DNA of 64,000 nt from Histomonas meleagridis 2922-C6/04-290x (taxonomy: Eukaryota > Protista > Parabasalia), in assembly GCA_020184695.1 (NCBI GenBank), contig JAANOX010000249.1, forward strand, positions 1 to 64,000, in the 5' to 3' direction. The stretch's first letter is position 1, and each line of letters starts with the position of its first letter. The position numbers and the translations under genes are program-made. The notes beneath the pieces were generated by a model, which did not search any database, was not told the origin of the DNA, and saw only the letters and a program-made list of their open reading frames with translations. Positions 22,771 through 35,100 of the stretch are shown here, in pieces.

Positions 22771-24270
22771 ATGATTATATTTTTTGTTAATACAAAACAA
22801 TCATATGACGAAGAGACAAAAACACTCACAATATCTGATTCCAATGATTATTCAAATGATTATATGAATGTTACAGAACGTGTTATAATTATTAATGTTG
22901 GGGAGCTTGAAAGTAATGCATTCAGAGAATGGCCTTTGTTAACAACAGTAATAATTGGAGAAACAGTTGGAAATATCGGTAGTGGAGCATTTGCATCATG
23001 TAAACAATTAGAATATATCCAATTTCCAGATAAATTAATGAGTGGAATTGGAGGAAGTGCATTTGCAGGATGTATTTCATTAAATAACATTACAATCCGT
23101 TGTAATAGCATTAGTGGTAAAGCATTTTATAAATGTACAGGACTTGAAACGATAACATTATATGAAGGCGTCCGAAGTATTGGGTCAGATGCATTCAGAG
23201 GATGTATAAACCTTGTGAATATTTATATACCAAGTTCTGTTACTTCGATTGGGAATCCATTTTTAGAATGTACAAATCTTCAATTTATTAATGTTTCAGA
23301 AGAAAACATTGGATATTCGAATTATGAAAACGATGGCGTTTTATATAATAAAGAAATTACATATATTATTAGTTATCCGAATATGAAAAGTAAAACATTT
23401 ACAATTCCTAATTCAGTCATTTCTATTATGAATTATTCTTTTGCAAGTTGTAATAATTTAGAAAGAATTTTTATTGATGAAAATGTTCAATATATTAATT
23501 CATGTGCATTTACGAATTGTACATCACTTCAATGTATTCATTTTAATGGAGAAATTTCACCAGAAATACAAAATGATGCATTTGTTAATATCAATGCGAC
23601 AATAGTTATGACAATAGAAACATATCAAAATGAAACATTTGGAAATATGGAAATTACTAAGGGAACAACACTTGACGAATGTCTCCCGCCAACACTCACA
23701 TTCACTGACTCAAATACATTTACAAAATCAAATTCACTAACTTCATCAGTTACTCATTCATCGGATGTAACTTTATCTTTAACACATTCGTTCACTTTGA
23801 CACACTCATTATCTATTACACTTTCGATTACATTTTATAGTAAATACATAAATACAATTTCATTGTTCACATTTGAATCAACTTATAGTTATATATCGAC
23901 AAATGTCATTTATTACGATTACACTGTTATATATTATTCGTCTTATTACAGTTATTATTCTGACTTTTATACATTAGTTGTCACTGATGTTACACCAAAA
24001 GATAATTCGATCTCAAATGAATTGTTAATTGGTATTATATGCGGCGCTATTGTGATAGTTTTGATAATTGTCGGAATCGTAATATCTATGATTAAATATC
24101 AAAATAAGAAGCGAAAGCAAAATGAAGAAGAAATGAATATTTCAGATGAAAATAATAATCAAATTACTGAAATAGATAATACATTTTCAGTTGGGATCAA
24201 TAATTCAAATATTGAAGAAGATCCATTTGCAGACGATTTCAAAGAAGAAAAATTTATCAGTCAGATATAA
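22771..24270 (+). CDS. BspA-like (TpLRR) leucine-rich-repeat type I surface protein
   Basis: Repeats IGETVGNIGSGAFASCKQL and IPSSVTSIGNPFLECTNL, Ser/Thr-rich stalk, TM LLIGIICGAIVIVLIIVGIVI, acidic tail ending DPFADDFKEE. Likely start MIIFFVNT at 22771. Confidence 0.9.
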   Translation: MIIFFVNTKQSYDEETKTLTISDSNDYSNDYMNVTERVIIINVGELESNAFREWPLLTTVIIGETVGNIGSGAFASCKQLEYIQFPDKLMSGIGGSAFAGCISLNNITIRCNSISGKAFYKCTGLETITLYEGVRSIGSDAFRGCINLVNIYIPSSVTSIGNPFLECTNLQFINVSEENIGYSNYENDGVLYNKEITYIISYPNMKSKTFTIPNSVISIMNYSFASCNNLERIFIDENVQYINSCAFTNCTSLQCIHFNGEISPEIQNDAFVNINATIVMTIETYQNETFGNMEITKGTTLDECLPPTLTFTDSNTFTKSNSLTSSVTHSSDVTLSLTHSFTLTHSLSITLSITFYSKYINTISLFTFESTYSYISTNVIYYDYTVIYYSSYYSYYSDFYTLVVTDVTPKDNSISNELLIGIICGAIVIVLIIVGIVISMIKYQNKKRKQNEEEMNISDENNNQITEIDNTFSVGINNSNIEEDPFADDFKEEKFISQI

Positions 24271-24408
24271 ATAAACATATTTTAAGAACAAAATAATTTT
24301 TTTTTTATTTAAACAAGTACAAATTTTATTTCATTTTTTGTGAGAGAAATCCATACAAAAGTTCCGATAAACAATTGAATACAATATACCGTTAAATTAT
24401 CATTTATA

Positions 24409-26685
24409 ATGGGAAACAGCTCAAGCACTGCTACCAAAACTGTATCTACTAAGGTACCAGTACCAACTCCAACACCAGTAATTATCCACACACCTAAAAG
24501 CAACTGGGTTACATCGCAAATATTACTTTCACTTGAAAAAATTATTTTTAACTTAAATGAAGAAAATATCAAAGAATCTGTCATAAATGTAGAAAAACTT
24601 ATTAATAATAATAATAATAATGATACATCTTTGTTTAATATTTTTCTTATTCATTTGGTATATTCTTCATTTAATGTTCAGTTTAAAGATATAAATATAT
24701 ATATTTCTTTTATGAAAGAAATTGAAGAAAAAATAGAAAACAACCAAAACGAACATAAAATAACTAATTCATTTATACAATATATTCTTAGTTTAAATAC
24801 ACAAGAATCATATTTTCTTTTAGATAAATTAATTGAATTAAATTTAATATCATCTGATTTAATTAAAGATAAAAAGACATTTTATTTTTTACATTATTTA
24901 TCGGAGGAAGAAATAAATAAATTAAGAAAATATTTCGATAAAAATGCATTTAATTTAAGTGATATTCCATATTCTAATTACATCTCAGAAAATTATGAAA
25001 GACTTTCACAGAATAATTGGGAACTTCATAAGAAATATGTTAAAAAAGGAGTAAATCCAAATAAAATTGCAAAAATAATTCGAAATGATAAAATCGAAAA
25101 ACTTCAAGATTTATCATCTCAAAGTGATTTTGATTTTAATCAAAAAATTGAACCATCACTTTATGAAAGATGTTCATTTATTAATAAAAAAAATATATCA
25201 TTAATTGATTATGCGGCATTTTTTGGCTCAATTAATTGTTTTAAGTTTTTAATGTTGAATGGAGCAAGATTACCGAATACAGGAAAATATTCACTCGTAG
25301 GAGAAAATCTTGAAATTATACATCTATGTGAACAAAAGCATTCATTATTTGATGGATCTTATAAAGCTGCAATTGAATTTCATCGAAATGATATGTTTCA
25401 TTATATATATGAGAATAAAATTGGTAGTTATTATGATGCAAAACTTCTTAATATATTTCCGAAAATCGATTGTTTGAATATTGAATTATTTTGTTTTTTA
25501 TTTGAGCAAAGAAAGATAGAACTCAATTCAAAAGATCTTGTTGATTTAAATAATTTAAAATTTCATAATAATGTTTGGGAATTATTTCAATAATTTAATA
25601 CTATACTTATGACTGCTTCTAATGAAAATCAAATCGAAATAGTTTTATTACTTCTTGAACAAGAAAGAATTGATATTAATGCTAAAAATATTTATTTTTT
25701 TTATTCGATATTTATTTTAATAATTTAGAATTTCAAAATAATATTTGGAAATTATTTAAATTATTTAAAACAGCACTTATGATTGCTTCTGAAAATGGTA
25801 ATACAGAAATAGTTAAATTACTTTTTGATAAAGAAGGAATTGATATTAATGCTAAAGATATTTATTTGTTTTATTTAAATTTTATTTTAATAATTTTGGA
25901 TTTCAAAATAATATTTAGAAATTATTTAAATTATTATATACAGCACTTATTTTAGCATCTTGGAATGGTCATACAGAAATAGTTAAATTACTTCTTGAAC
26001 AAGAAGGAATTGATATTAATGCTAAAGATATTTATTTGTTTTATTTAAAATTTATTTTAATAATTTTATATGTCAAAATAATATTTGGAAATTATATAAA
26101 TTATTTAGAACAGTACTTATTTTAGCATCTTGGAATGGTCATACAGAAATAGTTAAATTACTTCTTAAACAAGAAGGAATTGATATTAATGCTAAAGATA
26201 TTTATTTGTTTTATTTAAAATTTATTTTAATAATTTTATATGTCAAAATAATATTTGGAAATTATTTAAATTATTTGATACAGCACTTATTTTGGCATCT
26301 TCAGAAGGTCATACAGAAATAGTTAAATTACTTCTTGCACAAAAAGGAATTGATATTAATGCTAAAGATATTTTTTGATATCATTTGAAATGTATTTTGA
26401 TAATTTTATATTTGAAAATAATAATTGGTGTTTATGTAAATGATTGGTAACTGCACTTATATATGCTGCTAAAAAAAATCATATAGAAATTGTTAAATTA
26501 CTTCTTAAACATAAAGAAATTGATATTAATGCTAAAGATATATATTTAAATATTATAATATTTATAAAAATATATTGAAGTTTTAAAACTATATTTGGAA
26601 ATTATTAAAATTATTTAATACAGCATTTATTTATGCAAGAATGTATAATGAAAAAATTTATCAACTTCTTGTTAACCATAAATGA
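24409..26685 (+). CDS. DUF3447-ankyrin gene B, interrupted by 7 non-canonical intervening sequences
   Basis: ORF 24409-25593 has the DUF3447-type motif YAAFFGSINCFKFL and an MGNSSS start (possible myristoylation). Seven ankyrin cassettes follow, ending at TGA 26683-26685. Confidence 0.85.
25537..26619 (+). repeat. Array B: 170-nt periodic ankyrin cassette/intervening-sequence array
   Basis: Gaps 25537-25599 (63), then 25690-25769, 25860-25939, 26030-26109, 26200-26279, 26370-26449 and 26540-26619 (all 80). Internal cassettes are all 90 nt. Confidence 0.92.
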
Positions 26686-26891
26686 GGTTGTTTAATTCCG
26701 AGTTTATTTACAATTTAAAAATATAACACGGAAAACATTTTGAATATTTGGTATTCCATATTTAAATAAAAAGGAAAACTAAAGTTTTTTTCTTTTCTTA
26801 AATAACGAATAGAGTCTTAACGACTTTTTGATTCTATTCAGACATAATTAATCAAAATATTTAAATAAAACCGATAATATACAAACACAAT

Positions 26892-28946
26892 TTATTTCAA
26901 CAACGAATCTTGTAAATCCAAGAATGCTGAAAGCAATTCTTCATTTGTCGAAATCAGCTTCAAGAAAGCTCTTTCGAATATGCTCCACAGCACCACTTTT
27001 TTTTCACTTCTCAAATAAACGTACTCCTTTCTTTTGATGATCAAACAATTCGACAGCATAAACAACGAAATCAAGTTCGGACAATCCGACAAAACTATGA
27101 TATATTGCACTAACAAGTCTTGGTCAGGGTTTTCATCATTATACATACAAATTTCTTCCATTGCTTCCAAAATGATATTTACTATGTAACCGAAACTTAC
27201 GAACATCACAGATTTAATATGCTCAATTGTTTCCCAAAGTTTCATTTTCATTATTTTATTAGTTTTAAACAAATCAGGAATTTTTATTTCTTGATGTAAA
27301 TTCAAAACCAAACTTTTCCATAAGTTTTCTATTATTTGTAATTTTTTTATTATGTTTTTTGTTAGGAAAGAAGGTAATAAATGTTGAACAATTAATGAAA
27401 ACTGTGTATTTTTACAGATTGTCATTTTCTCTGTTAATTTTGCTAAATTTTTTTTGTTTCGATTTGACCATGTCAAAAACTTTTTTATTTCTTTTTCTGC
27501 ATAAGGTTTCAATATTATTTTACAATATTTATGTACAATTAACTTCCAATTAAAAACTGATTTGAACGCCATTAAATGCAACAAATACTTCTCAAAGATA
27601 TCTGCGTTCTTTTCTAATTCTTCAATTAATTCATAATATATAAAATCTTCAAATTCTTTTGTTATTTTTCTTCCGAATATTTTTGTGTTCATTTTAATAA
27701 ATGTTATAGGCGAAACTGATATTCGATTTGCTTTATCTTTTATCTGTCGAAATCGTCGCTTAAATTCATTGTTTGTGATCTTCTCATAAATATTTATAGG
27801 CTCATTAAAGATAACGTTTCGAACATTTAATAAAATATCACTTTGAATTGGAGACTTAATATAAACGCGAATAAAAAATGGCCTAAAGTTTATGCTCTGG
27901 AAATATTGCGTTGGCTTTAAAAATGGCTGAAGATTTTTAGGGATTCCTTCTTTTATAAGTTTTAATGATTCGATTATTAATGAAATGTCAAGTTTCGTTA
28001 TTAATATATCGAAATATGGGAAATCGAAATCAGAAAAACATGAAGGAATTTGGAAAATGGATTTGGAATTATTTATTACACTTATGATACTTTTAAAGTT
28101 GTCATCATCACATTTAATTAATGTCGAAAATTGTAAAAGTTGTTTGTAATGGTTCTTAAATGCTGTGGATTTAACATATTGTAGTAACTGTGGTAATGTA
28201 AATCGATTAACAAAGAAATCAATGATACTACGTGATGTCCATCCACGAGTGCCCATGAACTTTAAAATAAATTGATGACTTTGTGGTAGAAATGGAAATG
28301 ATTTATTAATGGAATTTATAAAAAGTGAAAGATAACGTTCAATTATTAATGGTTGTGGTTTAGGTGAATTGTATCGAATGTCATGACAAAATTGTTTGCC
28401 AAAAATATTATAGATGGATTCAATAAAACGATGAGTGCATGGTGAACAGTAATATGGTATAAGAGCTTCACGTGCTATATGTCGAGGTGATATATCTATG
28501 AGGGCACAATAAAATGATGAGGCATAATAATTAAGTTCCCAGGATGAGAAAAAACCATATATGGCTGGAATTGAGGTGTTAAATAAAAGAAAACAATCAT
28601 TATTTGGGATATCTTGTTGGGCTTTAATGGCTTCTGCAAATGTTTGTGGATTTTTATATAAATGATTGATAAGAATGGTTATGGATTGAACTTGTTGTGG
28701 TGAAACTTCAAGAAAATTATCGGGGGATACTTCTTGTAAAGAATCATATAGTTTGTCCTTTGGTGGAAGTGGTGGAGATGGGTAAGGAAGTTTAACTAAA
28801 CGCATCATAATTGATGTTCTTTGTTTGATTATTATTTGATGAACAATTGTATTAATTTTATTATTAAAAAAATTAAGGTCATCTGATGATATCTCTGGTA
28901 CATATTTGGAATATAATTCGTATTGTTCTTTCATTGATGGTTTCAT
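26892..28946 (-). CDS. Hypothetical protein (possible RasGAP-like N-terminus and VPS9-like C-terminus)
   Basis: 684 aa intact ORF. PDQDLLVQYIIVLSD weakly resembles the VPS9 motif ADDLLPVL. Confidence 0.4.
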   Translation of the reverse strand: MKPSMKEQYELYSKYVPEISSDDLNFFNNKINTIVHQIIIKQRTSIMMRLVKLPYPSPPLPPKDKLYDSLQEVSPDNFLEVSPQQVQSITILINHLYKNPQTFAEAIKAQQDIPNNDCFLLFNTSIPAIYGFFSSWELNYYASSFYCALIDISPRHIAREALIPYYCSPCTHRFIESIYNIFGKQFCHDIRYNSPKPQPLIIERYLSLFINSINKSFPFLPQSHQFILKFMGTRGWTSRSIIDFFVNRFTLPQLLQYVKSTAFKNHYKQLLQFSTLIKCDDDNFKSIISVINNSKSIFQIPSCFSDFDFPYFDILITKLDISLIIESLKLIKEGIPKNLQPFLKPTQYFQSINFRPFFIRVYIKSPIQSDILLNVRNVIFNEPINIYEKITNNEFKRRFRQIKDKANRISVSPITFIKMNTKIFGRKITKEFEDFIYYELIEELEKNADIFEKYLLHLMAFKSVFNWKLIVHKYCKIILKPYAEKEIKKFLTWSNRNKKNLAKLTEKMTICKNTQFSLIVQHLLPSFLTKNIIKKLQIIENLWKSLVLNLHQEIKIPDLFKTNKIMKMKLWETIEHIKSVMFVSFGYIVNIILEAMEEICMYNDENPDQDLLVQYIIVLSDCPNLISLFMLSNCLIIKRKEYVYLRSEKKVVLWSIFERAFLKLISTNEELLSAFLDLQDSLLK

Positions 28947-29412
28947 TATATTCCAATTAAAAACGCCGAAAACACGTTAACGCGCCTTATTAACGATAAT
29001 TAACCACCGTATCTTTGTGAAAAAGTCAAATACTGGGCAAAAAAATGAGCGTAAATAACCTTTCCAAAGAAGTGTATCACATTCTCCTTTATATTAAATT
29101 AAATCAAATCAATATTTTGTAAAGCATAAGAAAGAAATAAACATATATAATCAAAGCATAATTTGATATTTGTTAAATCACATCAAATATATGTTGGGTA
29201 TATGCTTTCTCCCAATAAAAAAAATGAGGAATTATGATTTGGTTACATGAATAGCAAAACCATTATGAAACTTTTAGCAAATGATTGCAACTTCATATGT
29301 TAAAGAAACAATACACATGTAACCGCAAAAATAATTCGATATGATGGAGGAGCATTTTTTTCTGCTATTGGGTATTTACTTATGAATAGTGCAAAATAAT
29401 ATTTATATATCT

Positions 29413-30520
29413 TCAAACGAATGCTATGAATGTGCATACAGCTTTTCCATCGACTGTTTTTGCATAGCCTCCATCTCCATAGCCACTGTACGTCACCACT
29501 CCGCCAGGCACCAACATCATTGATTCTTTTGTGGCCATCAATTTCATGTAAAGATCGCTGAACTCTTGACGTATCTTATCGTCGCCACTTGCCTTAAATG
29601 ATCCGTCACTTACAATGAAATCACCAATTGCATCCGCCGAATCATTTTCATCATTAATTTCGATATCATTTTCATTACAAAAATGCGAATGAGTAACAAA
29701 CATTACAATTCCAACTTCACATCTCACGTCACCACATCTCACGAAATCATTTATTTCATCTTTTTATTCTGCATCTTCTTCTTCGGTGTAAATCTGATTT
29801 GGTATTTCATCAACTAAATTTGCATAGTTCTCATGCACCATAATCAAATGACTTACAGTGTCATCTTGTTGCTTAATTAGTAGAATTCATTTACCTCCTA
29901 AACAATTATTAACTTTTGTAGTTTCATCAAAATCAATAAATATTTCCGCAGGATCAACAGCTAAAAGGATTTCGTCATCCATTAAATCAATTGTTTTTTC
30001 GGGTATTGGAACTTTCATCTCGTAGGCTTAGGTTCGTTATCATTGAAACAATTCCCATCCAAAAAATACTTTTACGTTGAACTCCATTCGTTACATTAAC
30101 TGAACATGCAAAATGAACTTGAGTTGAAAGAGCTGTAAGATCCGTAGGATAATTAACACTTCCAGCTAAAAGTTCATTGTCGCTAATACTTTGATGATAA
30201 CAAAAAATTGGTGCTTCAATATGAGATAATATATAATGTTCATCAACTTCTTCATAATTGGACGCTCTTAATTCTAACAAGTCAAGAACGAAACTTTAGG
30301 ATTAACATCAGAATCAGATGTTGAAAATAGAAAATTTTTCCAATAAAGATATACTACACCTTCAAAAAAGATAACGATTTCCTTAGGTAGGGGTTTTCCA
30401 GCTGTTGTGATGTCTTTAGTCGAAAATTGTTGAATCTTGATTATTGTGTCTTTATCCTTAACTAAAGCAAAAAATATTATATTATCACGATTTTGAATAG
30501 TAATACAAATTTCAAATTAT
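29413..30520 (-). pseudogene. Fragmented gene with a bacterial-like (DUF4241-like) C-terminal motif
   Basis: Successive coding fragments in different frames with internal stops (TAG near 30277, TGA near 29896, TAA near 29764). Ends VTYSGYGDGGYAKTVDGKAVCTFIAFV, resembling the SGxGDGxY..F motif. Confidence 0.5.
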
Positions 30521-30965
30521 TTGGTAATAATACTAGGTGTGAGTCAAAAAACTTTGGCTTTTGTTCTTGAAAAATTGGAATTTTGTTTGTGATGTATGCT
30601 ATATCATAATACAGACCTGGCACATCTGTATCCACATATTTAATTTTATTATTGTCCTCTATTATTTCACCGAAAGCAGTAATGGCTCTTCATATAAATG
30701 TAACTTTTTGTTCACACATCTGTTAGAAGGGAATAATAAACGGACATTGGGGCACCCTATGTGAAAATCCATACATAAACTTATCAAAAATGCTAACGGT
30801 CTCCTTCTTTGTGGTAATGAGTCAAAATGTAAATAGACCCTCTCAAAAGTAATGTAACGGAATCACAGTATCCACCGTTATAAATTACTTTTCTTAGGGA
30901 TTTCTGGGTAAGTTTTGTGAAGCTTTTAACCTATTTACTTTGTAAAATATTCAAATTAAATCATA

Positions 30966-31799
30966 ATGTTTCTCTGGTTTTTTATCTCGATCAGTTCAGA
31001 AACACTAGTATTTACAGAACCTAATGCTAATAACGAGGTACTTGTATCAGCTATTCTTGATAACTCTCAAACCTCAATTAATTTTCCTACAGATAATGGA
31101 CAATACAAAGTTATTGGAATTTCAGAAAGATTTCCAGTGGAACAATGCATAAACGTCACCAGCGTAACAATTCCAGGCACATACACTCAAATCGCTGAAG
31201 GTGCATTTTCGAATTGTCAAAAACTTAAAACAATAAATGTTGCCAGTGACAATCCTTCGTACACATCAAGTGGTGGTATTCTTTACAGTAAGTCCAGAGA
31301 TACCGTTGTCGCCTTCCCTTGCAACAGTGGCGTTACAAGATTTCAAGTTGGTAATACAGTCACTACTTTAGAAAACTACTCAATTTACAATGCCACAAAC
31401 TTGCAGCAACTAATTCTTTCTTCTTCTGTTAAGCAACTTGGTAGTCATTCCATTGTTGCTCCAAATTTAGAAGAATTTCATATAAGTAGCTGCGTTTCTT
31501 TATACGACACGACATTTAACATCCCAGTTACAACTGTTATTTATGAGAATATGAAATGTGACAAATCCATTCACGAAAATTATTTTCCTAACAATCCAAT
31601 AGGAGCAACCCCAACCCCTATGCCTGAGCCCGAACCTGAAACAGATCAAACTCTCTCCATCATAATCTCAGTTGTTGTTTCTGTCGTTGTACTTGCTGTA
31701 ATCATATTTCTTATTGTTAAATTCGGCTGCAAAAAGAAGAAGAAGAGTTCAAGCTATAGTTACAGTTATAGCGGGTCTACTGTCGAGGTCAAATTATGA
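30966..31799 (+). CDS. Small BspA-like LRR type I membrane protein
   Basis: Signal peptide, VTIPGTYTQIAEGAFSNCQKL repeats, Pro/Thr/Glu stalk, TM, basic stop-transfer KKKKK. Confidence 0.85.
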   Translation: MFLWFFISISSETLVFTEPNANNEVLVSAILDNSQTSINFPTDNGQYKVIGISERFPVEQCINVTSVTIPGTYTQIAEGAFSNCQKLKTINVASDNPSYTSSGGILYSKSRDTVVAFPCNSGVTRFQVGNTVTTLENYSIYNATNLQQLILSSSVKQLGSHSIVAPNLEEFHISSCVSLYDTTFNIPVTTVIYENMKCDKSIHENYFPNNPIGATPTPMPEPEPETDQTLSIIISVVVSVVVLAVIIFLIVKFGCKKKKKSSSYSYSYSGSTVEVKL

Positions 31800-32179
31800 A
31801 AAAAGCAGATTTTTCTCCATTAAAAGTTTTTTTCTGTACTTTTTTTTGAATAAAATTGAACGTATCGGTGAAATAATTATTTCAAAAACTTGTCGAATGT
31901 CAGCGAATGTATTACCATTGCGTCTGATAATAATTTTGCGTAATATTGAAAATGAATGTAATCTGTGTAAGGTAGTGACCATAAAGATCACATATATTTT
32001 GATGCAATAATTTAATTTTGAGAATCGATTTTACTGATAAGCTTTTTTTATTTAGGGGATTTTTGAATCATGATTTTCAATAACGACAACCATAATCAGA
32101 TTATTGTTTAATTCATAAAATAAATAGATTTTGCGATTTTTCGAAAATTTAATAACCGTCACCGATAACTTCTGTCAAA

Positions 32180-35100
32180 ATGTCGAAAGCTCGGATTGGA
32201 AGTTTTGATGTCTCTGAAGTACTTTGTCAACACATTGATCAACTTTACTCACAGATGGAAGTTCTTAGATCCATTATTCATCAAGGGTCTCCTTTCTGCA
32301 AAGCTTTAAAAACTAAACAAGGACAAAATTTAATTAATTTTTTAACAGATGCACAAAAATCGAAAACGGTAAAGATAAGCGAAAGCAATTCCAAGTTTGT
32401 TAAAGAATATATACCACAATTACAAAATGCAATAAAAATATTAAGTTACATGTTTGAATGGTATGAAACAGCAAAGAAACAGTTATTATCAATGGACTCA
32501 CATTCAATAGGACTTGACATTCGATGGAATAATGTTTTTACTGTACAGTATTGTAAATTATTTGTTACTATCATCAAAGTTGTTCTTTTCTTACACTTTC
32601 ATCCTCCATCTCGAATTGTTGCTCTTATGTCAAGTATTTTCCCCGACTTAACAAAAATTCCTGTTTATGGAGGTATTCGATCATTGATCAGATTCACAAA
32701 TCAATCCACAGCTTCACCATTTGATTTCTTATCAGAAGAATTTGGGGTACTTTCAATTCGACTTAGTCAATTCTGTGCAAATATTGGACCGTTTTTAGTT
32801 CAAGTATTTGGAATCTGGCCAATAGTTAACTGGCAATCATTTAGTGTCTTTAACAGATCGGAAACAGCGCCAGATTCCACTTTACCATCTTATCATCATA
32901 TGATATTAATTAATCTTGAATTGATGAAAGAAACCGTTTCCTTCTTTTGTATCATTTTTAATGAATTCATTACACTCAACAAACAATTTAGTTCAATTAT
33001 GACCACTATATTAAGTGATTGCAATTCAATATTTTTATCTCGAACTTATAAAATCTCAATCCAATCAATCTTCCAAGCATACGAAAAGACAGGCAAAAAG
33101 ATTAACCCATTACTCCTTAGTATTATTTCAGATGATAATACAAATAAAAAGAAGATATCTCATAAACAAAGGATGCTTCATATCACATCTCTTCTTAGAG
33201 ATATCATTGATATAGCTTCATACGATGCTTCTTACCTACCTAAATTCATGTATAATATTCTTCCATTAGCAAGTTTTGCATGTTATGAAATAAATGTCGC
33301 TTTTTCAGAAGAAACGATTTCTAAGACCGCGGCCAAACTTGTCTCTGTTTTAGTCGATCTTTCCGTTCTTTTCTCGAAATTCCAAAATACAATATCTCGG
33401 TTTTTCCTATTTAACCTTGCAACACAAGATTCAAACTACCTGAATCAAATGCTTCATCAATATAGTTCTTCGCAAGAAACATGGCAAAATGAGCTAATTT
33501 CAAAAGTGATAGATTTATCTGAACAACTTCAAACCTTAGATCTTGAGCAATATGATAAAGGCTCTCGATATGATGTAACACCATTTATATATAGTTCAGG
33601 ACGTATTCTCTATCAATTTAATGAAGTTCGAACAAAGCAAAAAGCTGCATTTCTCAATTCACTTTTTGAGCACGTTACAACCATAGTTTTTCATTCAAAA
33701 TTGATGTTAAAACCGCTTGACACTTTTCTTCAATCGTGCCCTATACATCAGTTATGGAAACATTCGGACACCATCAACAAATATATATTACAAAAGAAAG
33801 GCGGTATCCAAATCTATTCACGTTTTATTACCTTATGTTCATTCTTTAATTGTGATCAAATATGTTTAACCAATATCCCAACAGTTCGTAGTGTCTTAAA
33901 CAAATACATGCAAAGTTGGCGTGGAGATTTAATTCAATCCTTACGTTCCACAGTATCAGAGTTATTAACCTCCAACAAACCAATTATTTCCATTGTTAAT
34001 CAAAATCGATTTTCACAATTATTTGATCCCGATCCATATGTTAAATATCATTTAGAGCATATTGAAGCCACAGACAGCACCAAAGAAGTATTTTCTGATG
34101 CAGAATTACGCGAGCCTATCTGGCAACTTAAAGAATTCATGGATAATATCCCTAACTCCATTACATTAATTGGGGTACAAGATCCGATTAACTTCTCTGA
34201 ATACTTCGCACATCATTTAACCACCAATTTAGGCTCATTATTATTTAAGAATTCCGTTGCGGATGCACCAATGGTCGACGCAGCATTTTCAGCTGCTACA
34301 CAATTATTATGGCCATTATATGTCTTATTAAATGTATCATATCCATTACGAATGATTGAGTTCCGATTTGAAAACACTACGACTGAATCCCATAGTTTCT
34401 TAGAACTAATTTCTAAATTACGTAATGCGAAAGAGAATGAATTAACTAATGACCCAAGTATTACCTTCCTCAAAGTCTTTGAGAATCGTCTTATCCAATT
34501 CATTAAAGAAGATTATAAGAAGTCATTATATCCACCATATGGCCATTGTTTCTTTAATTATTTACAAAACGATTATAAAGTTGATGACTTTATCTCTGAA
34601 CAAGGCTTTAAATATTTCATATCAAGTTTAGGAATTCATTCTTCATTTTCATTAGATTATATATTAATAGTTGAAATCACCAACATAATGTTAAATATAT
34701 TTAATATATATCAAAGTTTATCAAATGATATTAGTACATGGTATTCAGACTTTAGGAATAATGGACAATTATGGACAAAGAGTTCACAGAATGCTCAAAT
34801 TCATACAGCTGCAGATTTAATTGTTAAATTAGGAATAGTTTTAATGATACGAAAATTATTACGTAAATCAATGAATGAAATGATTGAACAAAACATTCCT
34901 GGACTTATTAAATTATTAAATAGTTCTGTATTACGATTAACATCAGATAGAATTGGACTCAAAGAAGATATAATAATCGAAATCGCGTTAAATAAGAACG
35001 ACTTTAAAGTCATTGAAATTATATTAAATGAGAAACAAATCACGAAATGCTCTGATCCAATCCAATTCTTCTTCTTCTTAAGTTTATTAAATATGAACAA

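Noticed and set aside
25860-25942. AT-AC (U12-type) intron reading G|AT....AC|A
   Set aside because: Tempting because GAT..ACA flanks the block, but every AT start I tried gives an out-of-frame product and deletes the conserved Thr. Several blocks are followed by TCA/TCC/TCT/AGT, and there is no ATATCCTT 5' site.
25537-26619. CRISPR array
   Set aside because: Eukaryotic context, no cas genes, degenerate repeats, and the spacers are homologous ankyrin-coding units.
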